A stretch of DNA of 64,000 bases from an uncultured Alphaproteobacteria bacterium (GTDB taxonomy: Bacteria > Pseudomonadota > Alphaproteobacteria > Rs-D84). The translations under genes were made by a program, and so were the position numbers. Numbering within the stretch: position 1 is the stretch's first letter; the number at the start of each line of letters is the position of its first letter. The DNA lies in NCBI GenBank assembly GCA_944389185.1, contig CALXLL010000002.1, forward strand, positions 96,359 to 160,358. Direction: 5' to 3'. The notes under the pieces were generated by a model. The model was not told where the DNA came from and searched no databases. It saw only the letters and a program-made list of their open reading frames with translations. Positions 1-10,315 of this stretch are shown one piece after another.

Positions 1-827
1 TCACCAAGTTGTTCATACCAAGTATCTTTTATAAAAGGTCTGCCTGCCGCGCCTTTACCTATACCGATATAAGCTTCGCCGTCCCAAACGTTTTGGTTGT
101 GCCGGCATTCTTGACCTGGGTTAGCATAATTTGAAACTTCGTATCGCGGTAAACAAAGCTTTTCGGAAATAGTTTCATACAATTGGGCCATGTGTTCGTT
201 ACTTGGCATATCCAGATTCATTTTACCGAAAGGCGTATTTGGTTCTATTGTAAGTTCGTATAAAGAGCAATGTTCTAATCCGATAGCGTTTATTTGTGAG
301 CACAATTTCGCAACGTATTCGGGTGTGTCTTGTGGCAGACCATAAATAAAATCAGCAGAAGTTCTGAAGCCTAGGCTTAAAGAGTCGTTAATTATTTGTA
401 TAGCTTGACCAGCAGAATGTTTTCTACCCAAGAAAATAAGTCTGTTATCATCAAAAGATTGTGCGCCAATAGATATTCGATTAATTCCTATGTTTTTCAA
501 GTTTTGCAGTTTTTCTTTGTTTATGGTTCCGGGGTTCGCTTCCAAAGAAAGTTCGCAATTATCATCGATATGAAATGATTTATTTATTTCGTTAATAATT
601 TGTTCGACGTATTTTTCTGGTAGTAAAGAAGGCGTTCCACCACCAAAAAATATAGTTGGTATATTTATTTTTCCTAATTTTATAGACCAATATTTTATTT
701 CTTCTAATATATTTTTTGTAAAGTTTTCCCAATCAGGATTTGCGCATGCAGAAGAAAAAAATGCGCAATATTTGCACTTAGATATACAAAAGGGGATATG
801 AATATATAAATTATGATCAATTTCCAT
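1..827 (-). CDS. hemW: Radical-SAM heme chaperone HemW / HemN-like coproporphyrinogen III oxidase family. The N-terminal ~275 codons are present and the 3' end runs off the left edge.
   Basis: Manual minus-strand translation from the ATG (complement of cat 825-827) gives MEIDHNLYIHIPFCISKCKYCAFFS (CxxxCxxC radical-SAM motif), IFFGGGTPSLL, SLEANPGT and RISIGAQSF. The frame is open to position 1, so it is absent from the ORF track. Confidence 0.85.
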   Translation of the reverse strand, partial: MEIDHNLYIHIPFCISKCKYCAFFSSACANPDWENFTKNILEEIKYWSIKLGKINIPTIFFGGGTPSLLPEKYVEQIINEINKSFHIDDNCELSLEANPGTINKEKLQNLKNIGINRISIGAQSFDDNRLIFLGRKHSAGQAIQIINDSLSLGFRTSADFIYGLPQDTPEYVAKLCSQINAIGLEHCSLYELTIEPNTPFGKMNLDMPSNEHMAQLYETISEKLCLPRYEVSNYANPGQECRHNQNVWDGEAYIGIGKGAAGRPFIKDTWYEQLG

Positions 828-948
828 AACTGGTATGGTATAAAAAAAGTATGAAAAGTCCAGTTTTAAGACAAAAAAAATTAAGTATTAAAACTGCTTT
901 TGAAAAGGAAAAAAATATGATATAATAATACCTGATATAAATGTAGGA

Positions 949-2433
949 ATGAAGAAAGGGATATTTTCTTTTTTGTCGGTAATTATAAGCCCTGTGTTAG
1001 CTTTTGGCTCTAACGAGGGTGTTCCGTCGTATTATCAGACAAGCACCGTAACGGCAAATCAAGCGGCTTACGGGCAGTATCAGCAGCAAGGTTATACGAA
1101 ATATGTTGGTGATTCCGGCAGCAAGCAAGTTGTAGGAAGTCGTTCATATTCTTATCAAGTTCCCAGACCTACGATGCCTTCTTATGTAGGCGTTATGACG
1201 ACTAATGGTATAGCAGTGCCTGTGGAAGATGAAAATGCAACCAGTATCAGCTTAAATTATAGCCGTAAGTTTGCAGATTTTGAGTTTGAAACGGGGGTTA
1301 GTTCGATACTGGAATGGGACGATATGGTTTATAATGAAATAGGTGTAGGGGCCCAACATAATTTCAGTCTTCGTAATTTTGACCTGTTTGTCTACGGCGA
1401 ATATGCTATGGGATTTATGTCGCATGGTGGTTTGTCGATGGATTATGATTTGCAACCGTTTGACGCGTCTAATCCTTATTATGGCGTGTTTACAATTTCT
1501 ATGGGGGACCAAACAGGAAGAACAAACCATTTCAAGTTTGGTATGGGGGCGCACCATATATGGGATATTGGTGGATGGAAATTATCTCCGTCTTTTGGTT
1601 ATGAAATATTTAAGCATAATTTGGAAATGTTCGACCATTTTTATCCTAATCCTGGTATTTATCTGCCGTTGATGACGGATAATGGGGCTTACGTTTATGG
1701 TGATGAACTTGGAAATTATTATAGTGTGCCGATTGGCGTTGCTGCGCCAGAAGATTGGTATCAAGTATGTATGTCGCCTGAAGATATAAAAGTTGTTCAA
1801 ACGGGTGCTTTGGGTAATGTAGTAACGGAAATAGGTAACACGTTACCGACCATAGATTATAACCCAGATACGATGGGAACCATACCTTGGGGGGTAGATT
1901 CCGGTGAATGCGTAATTATTGGTGGAGATGGCCCGATTGTTATAGAAGGAACTACGCATATATATAATACTACGTGGAGCGGTTTTTACGTTGGGTTAGA
2001 AATGGAAAAGCAAATGACCTTAAAGGATAAGTTGCGTTTTTATATGCAGTTCGGTCTTCCAAATTATTCTGCAGAAGGTATATGGCCAAATCGCACGGAC
2101 TGGCAGCAGAATCCAAGTTTTATAGACGAAGGTAATAACGGTGCGTATTCTTATAGTGCAGAAATGGAATATAATTATAAAATATCGGATAGAGTTCAAT
2201 TATCTTTAAAAGTTGATACAGATTTATTTCACGTCGGTGAAATCGGGGGAAAGCTTTACATAGCAGAATACTCTCAGTTCTTAGTAGACGAAAACGGTCA
2301 ATATATTTTAGATGATTATGGGCTGCCTATTTTAGAGACGGTTCCGGCACATACAGAATATGTAACCAGTTCATTGACACGTGCTACGTGGCAGTCATTT
2401 GGTTTGCATTTAGGTATAAAATACGCTTTTTAA
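949..2433 (+). CDS. Outer-membrane beta-barrel protein, family not recognised
   Basis: Signal peptide MKKGIFSFLSVIISPVLAFG, then a Q/Y/G-rich linker and an alternating aromatic/polar strand pattern. The C-terminal strand ends ...HLGIKYAF. Confidence 0.55.
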   Translation: MKKGIFSFLSVIISPVLAFGSNEGVPSYYQTSTVTANQAAYGQYQQQGYTKYVGDSGSKQVVGSRSYSYQVPRPTMPSYVGVMTTNGIAVPVEDENATSISLNYSRKFADFEFETGVSSILEWDDMVYNEIGVGAQHNFSLRNFDLFVYGEYAMGFMSHGGLSMDYDLQPFDASNPYYGVFTISMGDQTGRTNHFKFGMGAHHIWDIGGWKLSPSFGYEIFKHNLEMFDHFYPNPGIYLPLMTDNGAYVYGDELGNYYSVPIGVAAPEDWYQVCMSPEDIKVVQTGALGNVVTEIGNTLPTIDYNPDTMGTIPWGVDSGECVIIGGDGPIVIEGTTHIYNTTWSGFYVGLEMEKQMTLKDKLRFYMQFGLPNYSAEGIWPNRTDWQQNPSFIDEGNNGAYSYSAEMEYNYKISDRVQLSLKVDTDLFHVGEIGGKLYIAEYSQFLVDENGQYILDDYGLPILETVPAHTEYVTSSLTRATWQSFGLHLGIKYAF

Positions 2434-2444
2434 AGGTGGTTTAA

Positions 2445-3521
2445 ATGAAGTATAAGGCAATTAAACGCATTATTTGCGCAATGTCTTGTTGTATATTATC
2501 GTTTTCTGCTTTTGGAAACGGGCGCGGCAGTTTTGATATGGATAGATGGTATGAAATGTTAAGTTCTATCAGAAACCAAGCAGCTGCGCAGAACATATCG
2601 CAGGCGACGATAAAAGAAACATTGCGTTCGCCGGCTTTTATTCCTTCTATAGTTAAAAGCGACAAAAATCAAGCAGAGTTTAAGCTAACATTGGAAGAGT
2701 ATTTAAAAAGGACGGTTAATCCGACAAGAATAAAAAACGGCAGGGAAATGTATATAACTTACCCGACTTTGCTATCCAGGGTTGAAAGCAAGTATGCGAT
2801 ACAACCGCACGTAATACTTGCTTTTTGGGGATTGGAATCTAATTATGGTGAATACAGAGCTGCTTATAAATTGACAGATGCTTTTTTCACTTTGATTTAC
2901 GAAGGACGAAGACAGACATTTTTTACAAAGCAATTACTTGCTTTGATGAAAGTAGCCGATAAAAACAATCTTGATATAAACGATATATATGGTAGTTGGG
3001 CTGGGGCTATGGGGCATTTCCAGTTTATACCTACGACTCTTGCACAATATGGGGCCGACGGTAATGGTGACGGAAAGATAGATATAATTCATAGCGTAGG
3101 TGACGCCATGTTCAGTGCCGGTAATTATTTAAATAAACTTGGTTGGAATCAGAACGAGAAAATAGTTAGAAAAGTTATGTTACCTGCTGATTTTAATATA
3201 GATTTATTAGACGGTAAAACTTTAAAACCGTTAAGTGCTTGGGCAGAAATGGGAGTGGTTAACTTTGACGGTTCCAATCTTCCTATTGCTGATATGCAAG
3301 CAGGATTAGTCGCAGATATACGAGTTATTCAAGAAGAAAGAGAATCTGCCAAGCTTCAGGCTGTGCAGAATCAAGACCCAAACGCCATAGATACTGACGT
3401 TGCACCGCAGAAAGCTATAACCGCATATTTAACATATCCTAATTTTTATAGAATTAAAAAATGGAATAGCTCTAATTGGTATGCTATCGCCATAGCGCTT
3501 CTTGCGGACAAGCTGAAATAA
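2445..3521 (+). CDS. Lytic murein transglycosylase (MltB-like)
   Basis: Signal peptide. Motifs ILAFWGLESNYG (catalytic Glu), GAMGHFQFIPTT and GNGDGKIDI are typical of the MltB/SLT family 3. Confidence 0.8.
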   Translation: MKYKAIKRIICAMSCCILSFSAFGNGRGSFDMDRWYEMLSSIRNQAAAQNISQATIKETLRSPAFIPSIVKSDKNQAEFKLTLEEYLKRTVNPTRIKNGREMYITYPTLLSRVESKYAIQPHVILAFWGLESNYGEYRAAYKLTDAFFTLIYEGRRQTFFTKQLLALMKVADKNNLDINDIYGSWAGAMGHFQFIPTTLAQYGADGNGDGKIDIIHSVGDAMFSAGNYLNKLGWNQNEKIVRKVMLPADFNIDLLDGKTLKPLSAWAEMGVVNFDGSNLPIADMQAGLVADIRVIQEERESAKLQAVQNQDPNAIDTDVAPQKAITAYLTYPNFYRIKKWNSSNWYAIAIALLADKLK

Positions 3522-3588
3522 AATCGTTGAAAGTATTGCAATACTTTGATATTCTTCACTTTGTATCTTATTTATAAAGGATAAATAT

Positions 3589-4542
3589 ATGGCTATTAAG
3601 GTTCGTGATTACGAAGTGCGACTTACAAGGAATAAGGAAGAACGTAAGCAAGTAAGACAGTTGCGATACGAGGTTTTCGTAGAAGAAGAAGGTGCATCTG
3701 CTACGGAAGAGCAAAAGCAACTGCGCGAAGAATATGATTCTTTTGACAGGTTTGCCGAATATATGGCTGTTTTTCATAATGGTCGTGTTGTTGGAACTTA
3801 TCGTATAATAGATAGAAACGCTGCGGAAAAAATGGGCGGTTTTTATACCGAGTCTGAATTTAATATATCAAAAATCAAAAAGTCGTCAGGTAACATAGCA
3901 GAAATGTCTCGTGCTTGCGTAAAGAAAGAATACCGTGAAAATGCTTTGGTAATGCGAATGTTGTGGGCTGGGCTTGGTGAATATATTGTTCGTAGAAAAA
4001 TATTATTGTTATTTGGTGTTGCGTCTTGGGTTGGTAAGAAACCTGCTGATTCTGCTCAGGCGATATCTTATTTATACTATAATCATTTATCACCGTTAAG
4101 TTTACGTGCAACGGTAATCCCAGAAAACTTTGCCGAAGGTGTTAATCCAAAATTGTCAAGAATGAATATTTTACCAGAAGCGTTCGTTTGTGCCGAAGAT
4201 GCACGTCGTCAAATGACGCCTTTAATCAAGGGGTATTTAAGACTTGGTGCGAGTTTTGGTAAAGGGGTTTTTGTTGACGCGCCTTTTAATAGTTACGACG
4301 TTTTTGTTATGGTTCAGACCAAGAAAATAGATGCTGCGTATCAGAAGCACTTTTTAGGAAAAGAAAACGCTTTAGAAGATTTTGAAATAAAAGATGGGGC
4401 AATGAAAACTTTGGGTAAGCTTATGTTGTTCCCCGTAACAGCACCTTTTAAAGTGGTTCGTGGTCTGGTAGAGTTCTTATTAAGTGAAGATGCAGCAGAT
4501 GCAGAGTATATTGACGAAGATAAAGAAGACGAAGACAGATAA
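3589..4542 (+). CDS. olsB: Ornithine-acyl-ACP N-acyltransferase (hemolysin-like GNAT) with an acidic C-terminal tail
   Basis: RQLRYEVFVEEEG, GTYRIID and AEMSRACV motifs of OlsB-type N-acyltransferases. A PlsC-type acyltransferase follows after a 2-nt gap, the classic olsBA arrangement. Confidence 0.75.
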   Translation: MAIKVRDYEVRLTRNKEERKQVRQLRYEVFVEEEGASATEEQKQLREEYDSFDRFAEYMAVFHNGRVVGTYRIIDRNAAEKMGGFYTESEFNISKIKKSSGNIAEMSRACVKKEYRENALVMRMLWAGLGEYIVRRKILLLFGVASWVGKKPADSAQAISYLYYNHLSPLSLRATVIPENFAEGVNPKLSRMNILPEAFVCAEDARRQMTPLIKGYLRLGASFGKGVFVDAPFNSYDVFVMVQTKKIDAAYQKHFLGKENALEDFEIKDGAMKTLGKLMLFPVTAPFKVVRGLVEFLLSEDAADAEYIDEDKEDEDR

Positions 4543-4544
4543 TT

Positions 4545-5378
4545 ATGACAGTAAAAAAACAAAACTTTTTTAATACTTTTTTTGCTTGTATAAAGTTCGG
4601 GCTTTTTTGGATTGCTGTTGTTTTACAGATTCCGATAGTTCTTTTGCTTCCCAAGGGTAATGCTTCTGTTTGGTATATGCGCGTATTTATGGGGATTTTA
4701 TTAGGTCTAACTGGCATAAGGATTATAAAGCACGGTAAATTAAGCCAATCGCGTCCGTTGTTAGTTATAAGCAATCATATTTCTTTGTTTGAAATTACTA
4801 CTTTCCCAGTTGCTTTTGGTGGAAGTTTCGTTGCAAAAAAAGAAATAGAGTCATGGCCTTTGGTTGGTTGGTTTGCAAAAAAATTCGGCGTAATATTTGT
4901 TGATCGCAGACCTTCACATGCAATAGAAGCTTTACAAGCTGTTCAAGAAAAGGTTTCTGCTGTTAAATATCCGATGTTTTTATTTCCGGAAGGAACGACC
5001 ACAAACGGTTCTTATGTAAAAGCTTTTAAAAGCACTTTGTTCAACTTCGTAGAAGATTCAGATGTGACGGTTCAACCGATGGTTATGAATTATAGATTTA
5101 AAGATGGTTCTGTTATTCCCGATGAAGATTTAGCCGAACATTTCGCTTATTTTGCAAACGATAAGCAAGATAAAGGCCCTTTATGTTCCAAAGAAAGAAG
5201 CGCTTTCGGTCAAGTCTTTCATATAATGGTTATAGGTGGTTTTTATGTAGAGATAACTTTATTACCCCCACCGTCTTTGGACGGTAAGGACAGAAAAGAA
5301 ATTGCATTAATTATGCAGAAAATAATATCGGATAAATATATGGAATTAAAAAATAAAAAATTAAATATAAAGAGATAA
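4545..5378 (+). CDS. olsA: Lyso-ornithine lipid O-acyltransferase / 1-acylglycerol-3-phosphate acyltransferase family
   Basis: PlsC-family boxes NHISLFE and FPEGTT, N-terminal TM segments, and tight coupling to olsB. Confidence 0.7.
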   Translation: MTVKKQNFFNTFFACIKFGLFWIAVVLQIPIVLLLPKGNASVWYMRVFMGILLGLTGIRIIKHGKLSQSRPLLVISNHISLFEITTFPVAFGGSFVAKKEIESWPLVGWFAKKFGVIFVDRRPSHAIEALQAVQEKVSAVKYPMFLFPEGTTTNGSYVKAFKSTLFNFVEDSDVTVQPMVMNYRFKDGSVIPDEDLAEHFAYFANDKQDKGPLCSKERSAFGQVFHIMVIGGFYVEITLLPPPSLDGKDRKEIALIMQKIISDKYMELKNKKLNIKR

Positions 5379-5381
5379 AAA

Positions 5382-6818
5382 ATGAAAACAGCGATAACAC
5401 CAACAAGAGCAGAGAACTTTAGTGATTGGTATCAAAACTTAATAGTAGCGGCAGATTTGGCAGAAAACGCACCTGTTCGCGGTTGTATGACGATAAAACC
5501 TTATGGTTGGGCAATATGGGAGCTTATGCGTGACGAAATGGATAAGCGTATAAAAGCTTGCGGGGTTCAAAACGCTAATTTTCCTTTATTGATACCCATA
5601 GATTTTTTTAACAAAGAAGCAGAACACGTTGCAGGGTTTGCAAAAGAATGCGCTGTTGTCACTCATCATCGCTTAAAGATGATAGACGGTAAATTGCAAC
5701 CAGACCCTGATTCTAAGTTAACAGAACCTTACATAATTCGTCCGACTTCTGAAACGATTATCGGTGAAGCTATGTCGCGCTGGGTAAAGTCTTATCGTGA
5801 TTTGCCTTTAAAATTAAATCAATGGGTAAACGTTATGCGCTGGGAAATGCGTCCAAGAATGTTTTTAAGAACGTCAGAGTTTAACTGGCAAGAAGGTCAT
5901 AATGTATTTGCTACACACGAAGAAGCTAATGCAGATGCCAAAAAAATGCACAAGCTTTATGGTGATTATATGCGTGAAGTTTTAGCTATACCTTCTATTA
6001 TGGGCGAAAAAACACCAGAAGAAAGGTTTGCTGGTGCAGACCATACTTATACTTTGGAACATATTACTCAGGACGGGAAGGCTTTACAGGCTGGGACTTC
6101 TCATGATTTGGGACAACATTTTTCTAAATCATTTGGTATTCAATATCTTGGGACAGACGGGAAATTGCAATATGCTTGGACGACTTCCTGGGGAACTTCT
6201 ACAAGAATGATGGGAAGCTTATTTATGATTCATTCTGATGACGACGGTTTGATTTTACCGCCTGCTATTGCGCCTTATCAAATCGTTATTATACCTATTA
6301 GTCGTGATGAAAACGAAGACGAATTAAATAAGTTTGCAGAAAATCTTGCAGGTCAATTAAGAGAACAAAATATTCGCGTATTGGTGGACACTTCTGATAT
6401 GCGCGCACCAGACAAAATGTGGAAATGGATTAAGCGTGGTGTTCCTTTGCGCGTTGAAATCGGTGCAAAAGAAATGGATGCTAAAACCGCAACCATTACA
6501 AGACGCGATTTAGGTAAAGATTCTAAAAAGACGATTTCTGATAAAGAATTGCTTGATACCGCAAAGGATATTTTGAATCAGATTCAGCATGATATGCTGG
6601 CCGCTGTTGAAGAGCGAAATAAGAAAATGATAACCGAAGTATCAAGTTTAGACGAGCTGGATAAAGCTTTAAGAAGCGGTAAAATAGGTTTCTTTAAGAT
6701 AAAGTATGAACTAACGAAGTCTGAAGATTTTGAAAAAATGATGGATGCTTATAAGATAAGCCGTCGTTGCTTAGATGAAAAAGATCCTAGTTATGTATAT
6801 GTTGCAAAATCTTATTAA
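5382..6818 (+). CDS. proS: Proline--tRNA ligase, short archaeal/eukaryote-like architecture
   Basis: Class II aaRS core (RPTSET, FLRTSEFNWQEGH, GTSHDLG). The protein is about 478 aa with no INS editing insertion, and the C-terminus ends ...YVAKSY. Confidence 0.9.
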   Translation: MKTAITPTRAENFSDWYQNLIVAADLAENAPVRGCMTIKPYGWAIWELMRDEMDKRIKACGVQNANFPLLIPIDFFNKEAEHVAGFAKECAVVTHHRLKMIDGKLQPDPDSKLTEPYIIRPTSETIIGEAMSRWVKSYRDLPLKLNQWVNVMRWEMRPRMFLRTSEFNWQEGHNVFATHEEANADAKKMHKLYGDYMREVLAIPSIMGEKTPEERFAGADHTYTLEHITQDGKALQAGTSHDLGQHFSKSFGIQYLGTDGKLQYAWTTSWGTSTRMMGSLFMIHSDDDGLILPPAIAPYQIVIIPISRDENEDELNKFAENLAGQLREQNIRVLVDTSDMRAPDKMWKWIKRGVPLRVEIGAKEMDAKTATITRRDLGKDSKKTISDKELLDTAKDILNQIQHDMLAAVEERNKKMITEVSSLDELDKALRSGKIGFFKIKYELTKSEDFEKMMDAYKISRRCLDEKDPSYVYVAKSY

Positions 6819-6820
6819 AA

Positions 6821-6846
6821 AAACGGGTTTTTACCCGTTTTTTTTA
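6821..6846 (+). terminator. Rho-independent terminator after proS
   Basis: Hairpin AAACGGGT-tttt-ACCCGTTT followed by a T run. Confidence 0.85.
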
Positions 6847-6882
6847 TGGTATAATAATATCATATAAAAATAAGGAAGAGAG

Positions 6883-7818
6883 ATGAAAATTGCTATTATC
6901 GGTGTCGGCAGCGTTGGTTCTGCAGTAGCAACTGCCGTAAAAAATACTGGATTTGTTCATGAAATAGTTTTGTTTGATAGAGACGGTGTCAGAGCACGTG
7001 CTGCTGCCGAAGATTTGGGGCATGCTGCAAGTTTTACGTTTGACGTAAAAATAACTGCTGTAAGTAATTATCGCGGTATTCGTGGCAGTGATATAGTTAT
7101 AATATCTGCGGGTGCGAATCAAAAGATAGGTGAAACAAGGACAGACCTATTAAATAAGAATACAGAAGTCATAAAAGATATAATTCCAAAAGTTATGGCG
7201 AACGTTGACGCAAAAAACGTGAAAATAATAGTCGTCACTAATCCGTTGGACGTTATGGTTATGTTGACGCAGAAGTTATCTAAGTTACCGGCAGGACGCG
7301 TAATTGGAACGGGAACGATGCTCGATTCTGCAAGGTTAAGAACGATACTTTCAAGACAGTTAGATGTCGCAAGTCAATCTATAAACGCTTACGTTCTTGG
7401 TGAACATGGCGACAGCAGCGTAATTAATTGGCAGTCTATCAGCATAGGTGCAATAAGTCTGGACGATTATTGTAAACAGACGAAGATAAGTTTACCTAAG
7501 ACAACAAGGGCAACAATAGAACATAGAACAAGAAATGCTGCTTACGAGATAATAAAAGGCCGTGGGGCTACTTGGGACGGTATAGGTGCAGCCGTTGCAG
7601 AGTTGCTTAGAAGTTTGATAAACGACAGTCACAAGATTTTAACTGTAAGCTCTGTTAATCGTTTTTATAATATGATGATAGCAATGTCAATGCCTTGTAT
7701 TGTTGGTAAATCGGGTGTTATACAATGTTTAAAGCCAAATATGTCTGCGGGTGAAAACGCTTTGTTAAGGAAAAGCGCTAAGATTATATATAAAAATTAC
7801 CAACAGATAGCAAAATAA
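6883..7818 (+). CDS. ldh: L-lactate dehydrogenase (LDH/MDH superfamily)
   Basis: Rossmann motif MKIAIIGVGSVGSA. AGANQKIGETRTDL has Gln at the LDH/MDH discriminating position. Catalytic GEHGDS is present. Confidence 0.8.
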   Translation: MKIAIIGVGSVGSAVATAVKNTGFVHEIVLFDRDGVRARAAAEDLGHAASFTFDVKITAVSNYRGIRGSDIVIISAGANQKIGETRTDLLNKNTEVIKDIIPKVMANVDAKNVKIIVVTNPLDVMVMLTQKLSKLPAGRVIGTGTMLDSARLRTILSRQLDVASQSINAYVLGEHGDSSVINWQSISIGAISLDDYCKQTKISLPKTTRATIEHRTRNAAYEIIKGRGATWDGIGAAVAELLRSLINDSHKILTVSSVNRFYNMMIAMSMPCIVGKSGVIQCLKPNMSAGENALLRKSAKIIYKNYQQIAK

Positions 7819-7848
7819 AAACGGGGTATTTTACCCTGTTTTTATTTT
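7819..7848 (+). terminator. Rho-independent terminator after ldh
   Basis: Hairpin ACGGGGTA/TACCCTGT followed by a T run. Confidence 0.8.
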
Positions 7849-7911
7849 GATAAGAATCATATTTATAAAGCTAATTCCTTTTGTTATACTTACTTCATAA
7901 AGGCTGGAAAT

Positions 7912-8211
7912 ATGAAGTATGAAGTTACATATAGTTTATGTCCGGATGGACTTGGCTTTTATGCTGATTGTGATGGTAAGCACGTCGGTAAAATCACTTT
8001 TGTTCGTGTTGGAATAGATAAATTAATAATAGATCATACAGACGTTTCCGAAGGATATAGAAGAGCTCATATAGGTTTGGACTTAGTTAGACATGTTGCA
8101 GATTTTGCCAGAAAAAATAATAGAAAAATTATAACTATGTGTCCTTTCGCAAAAGCTATGTTTAGTAAATATCCTGAGTTTGACGATATAAGATTTATGC
8201 ACGTCAGATAA
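7912..8211 (+). CDS. Minimal GNAT N-acetyltransferase (YjdJ-like)
   Basis: A ~100-aa protein carrying EGYRRAHIGLDLVRHVADFARKNNRKIITMCPFA, the pattern of single-domain GNATs. Confidence 0.6.
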   Translation: MKYEVTYSLCPDGLGFYADCDGKHVGKITFVRVGIDKLIIDHTDVSEGYRRAHIGLDLVRHVADFARKNNRKIITMCPFAKAMFSKYPEFDDIRFMHVR

Positions 8212-8274
8212 AATATAATTTGATTAACTTCGTTTTTTTAATTAGCATATAACCATATTAGTAAGAGGAGAAAT

Positions 8275-9654
8275 ATGAGTCGCAAATTACATATATGGTT
8301 AATTTTCTTAATATTCTTAAATGGTTATATAAGTTTGTCATTAGAACTTCTTGTATTAAGACAATTAGCTTTTTATGTTGGTAATTCTGCTGTTATAACA
8401 AGTATAATTATGGGCGTTTTCCTAGGCTTTATGTCTTTGGGGTATTTTTTAGGTAGCTCTGAAAAAATCAAAGGTAAAAGCATCAGAAAGATTTTAAATA
8501 TAAGTTTTATTTGTATTGCTTTGTTGGTTTTCTTATCCGCGACATTCCCATTAATTACGGATTATTTTACGTTGATGTATAATTTTGGTATTACTTCCAG
8601 TATAGTTCAAACTTTTATATTTTCGTTTATATTTTTATCTTGGGGGCCTTTCTTATTTGGTTTTAATACTACTTTATTATCCAGGGCTTTGCATAAATAT
8701 AATACAAATTATACCGGTGCAATAATGGCTTGGGATACTATTGGCAGTGTTCTGGGATCTTTACTGACTACACTTTTGTTAATGCCTTTTTTGGGGGTAA
8801 ATTATACTGTAATATTGGTTGTTGTATTGGCTTGTATGGCGGCAATTATCACAAGAAAAAACTTTATAACAATTTTTATCAGTTTTTTTATTATTGCTGT
8901 ATGCTTAATTTTAAACACAGATTATTATCAATATAAAAGGTTTGGGATCTTAGTTAATAATGCCAATTCTACGATATCCGTTGCAAATTACGGGCGTGAC
9001 AAAGTTTTTTATATGAATAATTTACCGATGTCTGTTTATAACGCTAAAACAGGTCGGACGGCAAATTATATGAATTATATAAATGATAACTTTATATATA
9101 ATATGCCAAGGGACAGGGTATATAAGATATTGGTTCTTGGTGCTGGTGGTTTTACGGCTGGTTTAAACGATAATTTCCATTATTATACTTTTGTTGATAT
9201 AGAGAAAACTTTAAAAGACGTTGCTGAAGAACATTTTTTAAAGCAAAAATTATCTGGTAATAAAAGATTTGTTGTTCAAGACGCCAGTCAGTTTTTAAAA
9301 AACACTAAAGAAAAGTATGATTTAATTATTTTAGATGTATATTCTAATTCTTTTCAGATACCAGAAGGCTTTATAACCGTTGAGTTTATGGAGCGATTAA
9401 AGTCAAAAGTTGCGGATAATGGGATAATAATAATGAATGTGATCGCAAAGCCTAATTTTACTAATGATTTTTCGCAGGTTTTTGACAATACTTTTCATAA
9501 GGTGTTTACTACCAATACGCAACGACAAGTTATAGATTATATGAATCCATGGGGTGAAGCGGTTGATTCTAATATTCTTTATATTTACTATAATCGATAT
9601 AACGACGGTCGAATATATACGATAAACAGAACGCCTGTTATATATGATAGGTAA
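8275..9654 (+). CDS. Membrane-bound spermidine-synthase-like (polyamine aminopropyltransferase family) protein
   Basis: About 7 N-terminal TM helices fused to a class I SAM-fold domain (ILVLGAGGFTAG, LIILDVYSN). Confidence 0.6.
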   Translation: MSRKLHIWLIFLIFLNGYISLSLELLVLRQLAFYVGNSAVITSIIMGVFLGFMSLGYFLGSSEKIKGKSIRKILNISFICIALLVFLSATFPLITDYFTLMYNFGITSSIVQTFIFSFIFLSWGPFLFGFNTTLLSRALHKYNTNYTGAIMAWDTIGSVLGSLLTTLLLMPFLGVNYTVILVVVLACMAAIITRKNFITIFISFFIIAVCLILNTDYYQYKRFGILVNNANSTISVANYGRDKVFYMNNLPMSVYNAKTGRTANYMNYINDNFIYNMPRDRVYKILVLGAGGFTAGLNDNFHYYTFVDIEKTLKDVAEEHFLKQKLSGNKRFVVQDASQFLKNTKEKYDLIILDVYSNSFQIPEGFITVEFMERLKSKVADNGIIIMNVIAKPNFTNDFSQVFDNTFHKVFTTNTQRQVIDYMNPWGEAVDSNILYIYYNRYNDGRIYTINRTPVIYDR

Positions 9655-9719
9655 TTAAAAAAATGGCTTGCGTATATAGGTATAGATTTTTATAATTCAA
9701 GGAATTAAAAGGAGAAAAT

Positions 9720-10289
9720 ATGAAAAAAACATCAATTTTATCGGCATTCTTGGGGTTGTTTTTTATAGGTGCAGCAAGTGCAGCGGATATAGTGGTATAC
9801 CATTCACCGTATTGTCCACACTGTCATCATGCGCGCGAATTCATTGGCGGTGAAATGATATACGTATACCCGAAATTAAAAGTTACAGAAGTTGATGTTA
9901 TGTCAGAACAGAATTTACCAAAGTTTGAAGAAGCTTTGTCTAAATGTAAATATGATAATGGCGGTGTTCCCGTAATAGTTATAGGTGATAAGTGTTTCCA
10001 AGGCTATGCAGATTTCATGCAACAAGAATTGCGTGACGCTGTTGAAATTGATATGAGCGTCGAAGATAAAAAGATTGCATCAGAAAATAAAAAGTCTTTT
10101 GATGCAGATCCAGAAAAGTTTAAAGCAGATAGAAAAGATAGATTGCAAGCAATAACCACATTTGATGCAAGCAAACCTGCCGTTCAACCGGAAAAAAAAA
10201 TTGAAAAAGGAACCACTTTATATTTCTGGGCTTTCTTGGCGGTATTAGTAATAGCTTTGGGCGTGGTTTTAGTAAGAAAGAAAAAATAG
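9720..10289 (+). CDS. Secreted, membrane-anchored thioredoxin-fold thiol-disulfide oxidoreductase
   Basis: Signal peptide, CPHC redox motif, and a C-terminal TM anchor (FWAFLAVLVIALGVVLV). Confidence 0.6.
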   Translation: MKKTSILSAFLGLFFIGAASAADIVVYHSPYCPHCHHAREFIGGEMIYVYPKLKVTEVDVMSEQNLPKFEEALSKCKYDNGGVPVIVIGDKCFQGYADFMQQELRDAVEIDMSVEDKKIASENKKSFDADPEKFKADRKDRLQAITTFDASKPAVQPEKKIEKGTTLYFWAFLAVLVIALGVVLVRKKK

Positions 10290-10315
10290 TATTTTTATAA
10301 GTTCGGGAAATAATA

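Noticed and set aside
1252-1800. Several 60-100-aa ORFs antisense to or overlapping the OMP gene. Similar track ORFs occur elsewhere, for example 42438..43016, 39399..39839, 14814..15053 and 60859..61185.
   Set aside because: They lie entirely within longer ORFs that carry clear family motifs and lack an SD. These are typical shadow frames. 60859..61185 is simply the antisense of the Lys/Ala repeat.
4770-4800. The OlsA acyltransferase box reads NHISLFE (HX4E) rather than HX4D.
   Set aside because: This is a conservative acidic substitution and the FPEGTT box is intact. It is not enough to call the enzyme unusual without an alignment.
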